This document shows, piece after piece, positions 1 through 9,718 of a stretch of DNA of 29,103 nt (positions are counted from its first letter, which is position 1; each line of letters begins with the position of its first letter). The stretch comes from Octopus sinensis (Eukaryota). A model generated the notes under the pieces. It was given only the letters and a program-made list of their open reading frames with translations, was not told the DNA's origin and made no database searches. A program made the position numbers and the translations under genes. The stretch lies in contig NW_021832705.1 of the NCBI RefSeq assembly GCF_006345805.1, positions 1 to 29,103 on the forward strand. Reading direction: 5' to 3'.

Positions 1-114
1 TATATATATGTAATATATATGTATATATAATATATGTATATATATATATATGTATATTATATATGTATAATATATATATATATATAAATATAATATATAT
101 ATATATATATATAT
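1..114. repeat. (TA)n-type microsatellite
   Basis: Almost pure TA/TATG repeats. Confidence 0.95.
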
Positions 115-244
115 AGGTGCAGGAGTAGTAGTATGGTTCCGGGTTCAGTCCCACTGCATGGCACCTTGTGCAAGTGTCTTCTACTATAGCCTCGGGCTGA
201 CCAAAGCCTTGTGAGTGGATTTGGTAGACGGAAACTGACAGAAG
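115..244 (+). mobile_element. SINE family A, 5' part
   Basis: GGGTTCAGTCCCACTGC..CACCTTG.GCAAGTGTCTTCT..GACCAAAGCCTTGTGAGTGGATTTGGTAGACGGAAACTGA is near-identical to 20231-20330. Confidence 0.85.
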
Positions 245-854
245 GAGGAGGAGGTAGAAGAAGAAGAAGAAGAAACCTAAAAACTAAGGCTACTACTTGC
301 AGTTACTGTCTGCATCTGCCGGTCTCGGATGTCCAAGTGGAGGCTGACAGCAATCGGTTTATCTCTCAGAATTCTGTTCTTTCAGAAGAGCACCATTCAT
401 GAACTGGGTAGGAACAAGATATGGCATAATACTCCAAATGCTGGGCTCCTGTTTAAAAGCACCATGGGTCTTTGCTTGAAAACCTTTCCCACTGGGAAAC
501 TGTGGTGAAGCCTTTCCCGCTGAGAGGAGTAAGCCCAAGCTCTCGCAACAAATAGACCTGCACTAATGATATCTGATGCTTGTTTGATGAGGATAAGTCA
601 AACGACAAAATAAATTCCAAAACTTTCCTGATACCAAGATGCCGTTGTTTCTAAGCATGTCTTTTTTATTCAACATTTATTTTTGATATCTCTGATATTT
701 TGCTCTATAATTTCGTGTGAAAAAAAAAAAAAAATTGTAAAAAATCTATAAAATTATATTTTCTATTTTCAGTCAATGAAAGAAGACACACCAATTACTA
801 CATATAACTCCAACAAAGACCAGCGCTCTGCCTCATATCATTAATACATGCATA

Positions 855-1164
855 CATATAGATATCTATATATATATTATATATATATATACACATTTTA
901 TATATGTGTATATATATAATATATTGTTGATGCCATAAGAATTTATAAAACATTTGAACATTTGAGAAAATGCAAAAGAATTCTTTCTTGAAATAGGATC
1001 TTGATGTATATATAAAGGTATACGTACAGCATGTAATTATTTACATGCTATTATTATTATTATTATTGATAGCTTTATATGTAAATCGCTATCCAATTTT
1101 GAAAATAATATACACACACAGGCATACACTTGCACATACACAAACACACCTAAGTGTGTGCGTG

Positions 1165-1202
<38 letters not shown>

Positions 1203-1262
1203 TACATACACATATATATATGTATGTATGCATGCATGAATACATATATGTGTATATATATG

Positions 1263-1319
<57 letters not shown>

Positions 1320-1440
1320 CACACACATATATATATATATATGTATATATATACATATATATACAGATATATACATACACATATAAATGTATGTATGCAT
1401 GAATACATGTATGTATGTATATATATACACACACACCCAT
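855..1440. repeat. TA/CA/TATG microsatellite cluster
   Basis: Interrupted simple repeats; source of the YI/HT/CV ORFs. Confidence 0.9.
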
Positions 1441-1443
1441 ATA

Positions 1444-1528
1444 CGCCAGGCTTCTTTCAGTCTTTGTCTACCAAATCTACTCACAAGGCTTTGGTCGGCC
1501 AAAGCCTGTAGTAGGAGAGAATTGCCCA
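1444..1528 (-). mobile_element. SINE family A fragment
   Basis: GTCTACCAAATCTACTCACAAGGCTTTGGTCGGCC is the reverse complement of the family A body. Confidence 0.75.
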
Positions 1529-1673
1529 TATGTATATATAAAAATTAGAAAAAACCACCTTTTATCAATTCAAAATGAACAATTAAATTACACCATCTAG
1601 AAAATTACATATAATACAAATATTAAAAATAAAATAACAATATATACCGATCATTAAGTAAATTGCAACAATA

Positions 1674-1972
1674 TGATTGATTGATTGATTCTAGTTTCAG
1701 CTCACGAGCTGTGGCCATTCTGGGGCACCGCCATTTGGTGTTGCTACATGGTTTTACTTCACGAAAGCTTTTTAGCAACTGCCATTTGGTGCATGAGAGA
1801 GTTCGATGCAGCTGCCCTCATCTGCACCTCCTGCCGTGAAGTTGGTTCATCTGGGATACCTGACAAGAAAAGATCCAGTTTCATTTTAAAGACATCTGCA
1901 TCCACCCCATGCAGGTCTCTTAGGTTCTTCAGGAGGATATTGAAGAGCTGTGGGCCTCAGAAGCCCAGGCTT
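1674..1972 (-). mobile_element. 3' end of a CR1-group LINE (RT C-terminus, 3' UTR, (ATCA)n tail)
   Basis: Minus strand reads SLGF*GPQLFNILLKNLRDLHGVDADVFKMKLDLFLSGIPDEP..AAASNSLMHQ, the GPxLFNxLP..FKxxLDxFL..PDxP C-terminal pattern, followed by a short tandem-repeat tail. Confidence 0.8.
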
Positions 1973-1975
1973 TTC

Positions 1976-2085
1976 GATGAAAGGCGAAGTTGACCGTGGC
2001 GGAATTTGAACTCAGAACGTAACGGCAGACGAAAAACCACTAAGCATTTTGCCCGGCATGCTAACGATTCTGCCAGCTCACCACC
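1976..2085 (-). mobile_element. SINE family B, 5' half
   Basis: Matches about 8319-8427 and 7148-7251 (GAGCTGGCAGAATCGTTAGCA..CTGAGTTCAAATTCCGCC..GCCTTTCATC on minus). Confidence 0.85.
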
Positions 2086-2479
2086 TTATATACGTTTTTA
2101 TTATTATTTTGCAATTTACTTAATGATCGGTATATATTGTTATTTTATTTTTAATATTTCTATTTTATGTAATTTTCTAGATGGTGTAATTTAATTGTTC
2201 ATTTTGAATTGATAAAAGGTGGTTTTTTTCTAATTTTTATATATATATTATATTTTGTGAAATTTGATTTAGTATTTCTAAATTGAATTTTTCCCTGTAA
2301 GTTAGGAATAATATTCCCTCAAATAATTATTATTTATATATATATATATATGAACACACACAAACATAGATATGATAACAAGTTGATTCAGAAGAGCATT
2401 ACTCAGTGTTTTGTACATGTAGTTATACCTACATCTTCAAATGTAAGGAGGTCTGAATAAAGAGAATTTAAAGCTGGCT

Positions 2480-3440
2480 TCTATGTATGGATATTTGGGT
2501 CTTCATTGGTCACATCAGATCATGTGAACAGCTTGATAAAACTGCAGCCCAAATCATTTCCTCTTTTTAACATCTTTTCCTTCGAGGAAGGAGTAAGAGG
2601 TCCTCTATTTATAATAATTTATCAGTAAAACCACTCCATGTTAGTGCTTCATTATAATAGGTTGTAGCCTTTTTGAAGGTCTTTTTATAGACTGAAGATT
2701 CTTCTGCTGATGCCTGTGACCAGGTTTCTGGTTTCACCAAAGTGGTAGGGCTGAAGTTCTTACGGGTGTAAACAGTTTTCTCATTAAATTTTCTGTAGGC
2801 GTAGTGTATACCTGCCTTGATGTTCTGAACAGCATCCAGAAAATCAACTTCAGTTAAATTGATGGTAACAATTATACTCAGGATGAACACTTTGAAGATG
2901 TTATAAGGTTTTTCTGGAACTTTCCATAGAGTAGTCATTCAAATGACTTGAGACTGCCAAGCTATCATCCCTATAAAGGGCTGAACTGTTATGGGGGATA
3001 GGTGGGGGTGTATCTTTATTCAGGGTATCTAGTATAAATAACCCAATAAGGTCAGTAACTTCAGCCCCATTGTAACTTCCTATGAACATATCAAACAGTG
3101 GACACCCTTTTTCTCCATAGAAGGGGTCACTTTGCAAAAGGAATGACTTCTTAGGGATCAGAATGATTCTGATATTGAGATGACTGATTTCAGTAGATTG
3201 TCTCTTAAAATCTAGAATTTTTCATGAGCAAAGATTTCGACATGGAAGGGTAGAAATCCACAAAATCAAACTTGGTGAATTTGCAGTTTGCTTTATTCTT
3301 TATGCCATGGAATCATCTGAAAATGTAGATGCATATCTGCACCCATGAAACTTTGAGTAATGCAGAGCTTTCATGTCAACTTGTTATTGAATACTTGCAA
3401 CACCGTGCGCTGATGGCCACATTTTTTCATTTGTTCAATT
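2480..3440 (-). pseudogene. Decayed Penelope-like element reverse transcriptase
   Basis: Across frameshifts: KFDFVDFYPSM (3241-3300), FDMFIGSYNGAEVTDLIGLFIL, LYRDDSL, VDFLDA..YRK, YNEALTWSGF. These match the FDI..FYPS / GSYDGAE / YRDD / FLD motifs of Penelope-like RTs. Boundaries approximate. Confidence 0.8.
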
Positions 3441-3505
3441 TACCTGTGTGTGTGTGTATGTGTGTGTGTGTGCACATGTGTGTGTGTGTGTGTGTGTATA
3501 CAACG

Positions 3506-3693
3506 AACCTGGAGAATCTGTTTGTAAATTATTAAATCAATGTCCTCTTACATATGTTTCAGTGAAAATAAAAGCAGAATGATGCAATTTAAGCCTGGTG
3601 AGGTTTCTATGATTGCATTATTCACTCATAGTCTTCACTGAAACACATGTAAGATGATGTAATTAAATAATTTAACAACCAACTCTCTGGGTT
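3506..3693. repeat. Imperfect inverted repeat, ~80-bp arms
   Basis: TCTTACATATGTTTCAGTGAA / TTCACTGAAACACATGTAAGA and GAATGATGCAAT / ATTGCATTATTC pair. Confidence 0.75.
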
Positions 3694-3879
3694 TTCTTTT
3701 TTTTTTTTTCTTTTAATATGTACTCTGTGATCTTTCAAACTCTGGAGACCAGTGAAAGAAAGCTTGGACTATAAAACATAGGGTCTCTTCACAGTTTTCT
3801 ATTTTGCTATATAAGGATGCACATAAACTTCTAAATACTTGTGATATGTCATGCCATTTTAATTTAAATCACACTATAC

Positions 3880-3971
3880 AAATATATATACACATACAAA
3901 TTTATATGTATATATATATGTATATATATATGTATATATATATAGATATATATATATATTATATATATATC

Positions 3972-4002
<31 letters not shown>

Positions 4003-4161
4003 ATTAAATAAGGGTAGAAATGATATTAATCAATTAAAACCAGTGCCTAGCATCTTTTTAAAAAATGCAAAGATTAAAAATTTTTTTACATACAAAATTA
4101 GAGTAGTGACCACTAGGCTGTCCATTTTTTTAGTGGTCATTCCTCTAAATTTTATATATAT

Positions 4162-4197
<36 letters not shown>

Positions 4198-4459
4198 CAC
4201 ATGGATAAATACACACACAAGTAATGGTAGAGACATATGGATATACTGATGTGAAGATAGACTGAGGTTAGTAATGAAACCAACTGGAATTTTAACACTC
4301 ATGGAGGTTAGTCAGCATAAATAACTGGTACATGCGACTACGGTACCCACTTAGATTACATATATATACACACAGACACACACACACACACACACACACA
4401 CAAATATATATATATACACACACATGCACACACATATATATATATATGTATATATATAT

Positions 4460-4494
<35 letters not shown>

Positions 4495-4751
4495 ATGTAT
4501 ATATATGTATATATGTATATGTATATATATGTATATATGTATATGTATATATATGATATATGTATATGTATATATATGTATATATGTATATGTATATATA
4601 TGTATATATGTATATGTGATATATATGTATATATGTATATGTATATATATATATGTATATGTATATGTATATATATGTATATATGTATATGTATATATAT
4701 ATATATGTATATGTATATATATATATATGTATATATGTATATATATATATG

Positions 4752-4822
<71 letters not shown>
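3880..4822. repeat. (TA)n, (CA)n and (TATATG)n microsatellite cluster
   Basis: Direct reading; short non-repeat spacers at about 4010-4150 and 4200-4355. Confidence 0.9.
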
Positions 4823-4825
<3 letters not shown>

Positions 4826-5276
4826 GTGTGTTTTGGAGACAAGAAAGTCAATTTTGAATGCCAACTTTTTTTCTGTATTACAAAGGGTTAAATACTCAAT
4901 CTTTCTCTGCTGTTTTCACAGCTTTACTGCATTTGAAATTTACTTTCTTTTTTGAAAAATTCCAACCACATTCGATGGTTCCAAAGTTTGTAGATACAAA
5001 CCCAGAACAGTGAGAGAACATCATCGATGAGGTTGCCAATGACAACGAAAGAACTTTGACAAACCAACTGATTTATCAGTTGATCAAACAATCACTCAAA
5101 CAATTAATTAGTTAACTGGTTAACTATTAATAAATAAATAAAAAAACATGCAAGAAAATCAGCATGTGTGTTTTTATTGGCCAAATGACCTTCCCCAGAT
5201 GCATTATCTATTTCAATACATGAATTCATTTGAAGGATGAAAAAAAATCATCAAAGAAAACAAATACAAAACTGAA

Positions 5277-5307
<31 letters not shown>

Positions 5308-5627
5308 TGTATGTATGTATGTATGTATGTATGTATGTATTATGTCTGTATGTATGTATGGTATGTATGTATGTTGTTTTATGTATGTATGTATGTATGT
5401 ATGTATCTATGTATGTATGTCTGTATGTATGTATATATGTATGTATATAACAAAATATGTATGTATGTATGATTGTATGTCTGTATGTATGTATGTATGT
5501 ATGTATGTATGTATATATGTATGTGTGTATGAATGTATGTATGATTGTATGTATGTATGTATGCATGTATATATGCATGTATGTATGTATGTATGTATGT
5601 ATGATTGTATGTATGTATGTATGTATG

Positions 5628-5659
<32 letters not shown>

Positions 5660-5747
5660 ATTGTATGTATGTATGTATGTATGATTGTATGTATGTATGT
5701 ATGTATGTATGTATATATGTATGTATGTATGTATGTATATATGTATG

Positions 5748-5779
<32 letters not shown>

Positions 5780-5847
5780 ATTGTATGTATGTATGTATGT
5801 ATGTATGTATATATGTATGTATGTATGATTGTATGTATGTATGTATG

Positions 5848-5881
<34 letters not shown>

Positions 5882-6001
5882 GTATGTATGTATGATGTAT
5901 GTATTTATGTATGATTGTATGTATGTATGTATGTATGTATGTATGTATGTATGTATGTATGTATGTATGCATGTATGTATGTATGTATGTATGTATGTAT
6001 G

Positions 6002-6035
<34 letters not shown>

Positions 6036-6093
6036 TGTATGTATGTATGTATGTATATATGTATGTATGTATGTATGTATATATGTATGTATG

Positions 6094-6127
<34 letters not shown>

Positions 6128-6225
6128 TGATTGTATGTATGTATGTATATATGTATGTATGTATGATTGTATGTATGTATGTATATATGTATGTATGATT
6201 GTATGTATGTATGTATGTATGTATG

Positions 6226-6256
<31 letters not shown>

Positions 6257-6265
6257 ATATGTATG

Positions 6266-6299
<34 letters not shown>

Positions 6300-6445
6300 T
6301 GATTGTATGTATGTATGTATATATGTATGTATGTATGATTGTATGTATGTATGTATATATGTATGTATGTATGATTGTATGTATGTATGTATATATGTAT
6401 GTATGTATGATTGTATGTATGTATGTATGTATGTATATATGTATG

Positions 6446-6479
<34 letters not shown>

Positions 6480-6650
6480 TGTATGATTGTATGTACGTAT
6501 GTATGTATGTATGTATGTATGTATGTATGTATGTATGTATGTATGATTGTATGTATGTATGTATGATGTATGTATGTATGTACGTACGTATGTATGTATG
6601 CATGTATGTATTTATGTACGTATGTATACAAACACACACATATGTATGTC
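5277..6650. repeat. (TATG)n array with recurring TATA and GATT variants
   Basis: About 1.37 kb tetranucleotide array. Confidence 0.97.
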
Positions 6651-6671
6651 AGTCTTCCAGTCAGCTTAAAA

Positions 6672-7475
6672 CATCAGAGTTGCCTTCATTAACATCAGCA
6701 CCTTGAAAGGTAAGTTCGGAGAGATTGTGGAGGTGCTAGAGCAGAGAACATTGGTGTATGTTATGTACAAGAGATAAGATGGAAGAGGAGTTCAGCCAAA
6801 GTCCTTCCAGATAAGGAGCAGCAGTACAAATTCTTCTCGGTTAGTAACCACAAGGGAGTGGGTGATGTAAGTATATCATAGCCAAAGAAATTGATAGATA
6901 ATGTAATTGAGGTGAATGATCAGAGTGAACAATACGATAATTGAGCTTAGACTAACGATCAATAGTTGAACAGTGTCATTGATCTCTGCATACACGTGAC
7001 AGCAAGAGCTGATGAACAGAAGGACCTATTTCTTTACAACCCACAAGGGGCTAAACACAGAGGGGACAAACAAGGACAGACAAATGGATTAAGTCGATTA
7101 CATCAACCCCAGTGCGTAACTGGTACTTAATTTATCGACTCCGAAAGGATGAAAGGCAAAGTCGACCTTGGCGGAATTTGAACTCAGAACGTAATGGCAG
7201 ACGAAATACAGCTACGCATTTCGCCCGGTGTGCTAACGTTTCTGCCAGTTCGATGAACAGAAGGACCACCCTTATGATGTCCCTTCTGCAGTTTACTTCA
7301 ATGACAGATTACAAATTGAGGCTTCTTCATCATTGCATCTGGTGACTTGAAAGGAAATGCTGGAAAACACCAGGAAGGCTTCCAAAGACTAAATATAGGC
7401 TATGGATATCCTTCAAGAAGGAGGGATCAATATTATTGCAGTTCTGCAGCAGAAATAACCTAATCATTAGCAGCA
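6672..7475 (+). pseudogene. Decayed RTE-clade LINE AP-endonuclease region, interrupted by a SINE
   Basis: RVAFINISTLKGKFGEIVEVLEQR..VQEIRWK..YKFFSVSNHKGVGDVSI..ISAY..SGDLKG..LQFC..NNLII resembles the NV/QE/GVG/SAYAP/GDFN/FC..NNL motifs; stops and frameshifts present. Confidence 0.8.
7027..7251 (-). mobile_element. SINE family B, near full length, 16-bp TSD
   Basis: GATGAACAGAAGGACC duplicated at 7011-7026 and 7252-7267. Confidence 0.93.
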
Positions 7476-8009
7476 GTACAGGAAATCAATTAGTGACTCG
7501 ATCATCGGTTAATTAGGTGGACCTACAAGTTGAATAAACTTCATCCTTGGTAGGATCTGAACTCAGATTGCAGAGATCCAGAAAAAATACTGTAGACTAA
7601 AATACCAGATGCTCTAATAGTTCTACCAGTTCACCAGTCTTTAAATAGACTTCCTTATCTCCAGAAAACAGGATAGACAGATGATTGCGACTGCTAAGTT
7701 TATCCTTGATGACTAATGTATTATCCAGCACAGGTTTGAGATTAGATATATCAGAGTAAGATCAAAGTAGGCTCAGAGGGTAAGATAAAATCATGTTTAA
7801 AAATCTGAGACAAAAGCCTGGATAAGCTTCTAAAAAAAAAAAAACGATCTCACACACACCTCCCATTTATTTATTTATTTATTTAAGGAAGGTTACTGTT
7901 AAAGAATTTCAGTCACCTTCCTTGCATCTGATTGTAATTGGCGTTTGGAATTCTAAATCGTTTTGCTCCATCGTTGAATTGGAAACGAAATTCAACTTGC
8001 TGGTGAAAT

Positions 8010-8427
8010 ACCTTTTTTTTTTTTACTACCCACAAGGGGCTAAACACAGAGAGGACAAACAAGGACAGACAAACGGATTAAGTCGATTATATCGACCTCA
8101 GTGCGTAACTGGTACTTATTTAATCGACCACGAAAGGATGAAAGGCAAAGTCGACCTCGGCAAAATTTGAACTCAGAACGTAGCGGCAGACGAAATACCT
8201 ATTTCTTTACTACCCACAAGGGGCTAAACACAGAGAGGACAAACAAAGACAGACAAACAGATTAAGCCGATTATATCGACCCCAGTGCGTAACTGGTACT
8301 TATTTAATCGACCACGAAAGGATGAAAGGCAAAGTCGACCTCGGCAGAATTTGAACTCAGAACGTAGCGGCAGGCGAAATACTGCTAAGCATTTAACCCG
8401 GCGTGCTAACGCTTCTGCCAGCTCGCC
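8010..8427 (-). mobile_element. SINE family B head-to-tail dimer (full 8198-8427 plus 5'-truncated 8010-8197)
   Basis: Two very similar units of about 190 bp joined at GAAATACC. Confidence 0.92.
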
Positions 8428-8462
8428 AGCGCACGCACGCACGCATATAAGTGCGCACACGA

Positions 8463-9160
8463 GTCTCACTAGTTGCTGTTCTTGTTTAGCCTCCATAGCA
8501 GCTCTGAGCCAGCGGACCAATAATGAAATGCATTCCATCCATGACTATCCCATCTTTCAAGTTGTTTAATAATTAGCACATGATCCTCCTGTCGTTTGAT
8601 TTCTTCCTTTTCTCTTCTGAGGGCTTCGAAGTTTTTGGTTCCGATGGTGTTGAAGCACCGCCACTTAGTACGGTCTCGGGCTTGTGTTTCAAACGATTCA
8701 GGATCAATTCCAGTAGCTTTCATTTCTGTTTTTAGTTGGTCCCCGTATCTCCGAAAAAGGGCAACCTCATGGTCTTTTTCCTGAAGTGAGCTCACTGAAT
8801 AAGACTTAAGATGGGAACCTTGACTCTTCTGTTCTTACTGCGTGTCCTGACCAACGAAAATGGTATTACATGATCAACGATTCAGTACTTTCCAGGACCT
8901 TTGGATCTTTCCAGGACTTTGTTGTTGGTCACATAATGTTCCCATTTCATGCTCAAGATTGAACGAAGCTTTTGTTAGTGAAAGGGTTCTAATTTTTGGA
9001 TGTGGTTCCGGCCTATGGTTGATGAGAGTCGAAATATCAGATAAGGATAACTCGGTTGTGTGCATAGAGAAAGCCAACCCCACGAGTATTTAAGCACGTA
9101 AGACTCCAGCCACATCCCTGCTGTATCCTTGGGATATTCTTTTGTTTTGCAAAATTACTT
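8463..9160 (-). pseudogene. Decayed RTE-clade LINE RT C-terminal region
   Basis: RWSGHAVR..LLFSEL..G.RP..RRYGDQLKTEMKATGIDPESFETQARDRTKWR is the typical RTE C-terminus; QQGC further upstream; internally deleted. Confidence 0.75.
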
Positions 9161-9279
9161 CTCATCTGAGGATTACAGTCTTTTATAACGGAGCAAAGTT
9201 CTCATTCTTCAACACACACGTACCCATTTTCCATTTTCACCAACGACCAAACAAATGAGAGAAGTTGCTTGTTAACTTG

Positions 9280-9560
9280 AGAAAGTGAACGCGTAAACTC
9301 CAAGACCGCTCATTTTTAATCCATTCTGGTCACTTCCAATTTTTTTTTTTACTTTTTATTCCTGACGCAATATTTTTAAACGCGCGAAAAATAATTAACC
9401 GAATTACTTCCCTTTAATTTTACGTTTTATTTTCTACTTGGCTTTACCTCCTCTTGTTTTATTTTCGGTTTACTTTCTACCCTGTAGATGGCGCGTTGTT
9501 AATAACGCTTCGCCTTAACAACGTGTAAACTTCAAGTTTTTGTAAAGAATGTTAATACGA
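9280..9560. promoter_or_regulatory. Candidate NPHP1 promoter (CpG-enriched)
   Basis: Local CpG cluster; ETS-like CACTTCC 9331-9337, E2F-like CGCGCGAAAA 9381-9390, YY1-like AGATGGCG 9486-9493, X-box-like GTTGTT motifs 9495-9522; directly upstream of the ORF. Confidence 0.5.
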
Positions 9561-9564
9561 ACAG

Positions 9565-9707
9565 GTAGATACACACACACACACACTCATATATTTATAT
9601 ATAGATAGATACACACACACAGACATACATTGACGCGAGCAGCCACGTTTATTCATTCATACATTCGTACACACACTCGCGCCCAACTTATTCTTCTACA
9701 TACACAG
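9565..9707 (+). other. Candidate 5'-UTR intron (143 bp)
   Basis: Donor CAG|GTAGAT; acceptor CTTATTCTTCTACATACACAG|G 11 nt before the ATG; interior contains CA/TA repeats. Confidence 0.55.
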
Positions 9708-9718
9708 GCGTAATAATA

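Larger units (their letters stand above)
1533..2245. mobile_element. Fold-back element with ~136-bp inverted arms (1533-1668 / 2109-2245)
   Basis: Arms are reverse complements with few mismatches (AAAACCACCTTTTATCAATTCAAAATGAACAATTAAATTACACCATCTAG and its complement), flanked by (TA)n. Confidence 0.85.

Noticed and set aside
275-660. Possible decayed GIY-YIG endonuclease tail of a Penelope-like element
   Set aside because: Only vague resemblance; no intact motif could be read.
4944-5067. Candidate minus-strand exon (AG..GT, two open frames)
   Set aside because: No recognisable protein and a weak pyrimidine tract.
1037-6706. Many ORFs rich in YI, HT, MYVC
   Set aside because: Translations of TA/CA/TATG repeats, open on both strands.
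7917-7999. Candidate minus-strand exon in phase with the M-E-N-G mini-exon
   Set aside because: The acceptor is preceded by an A-rich SINE tail rather than pyrimidines, and no homology can be supported.
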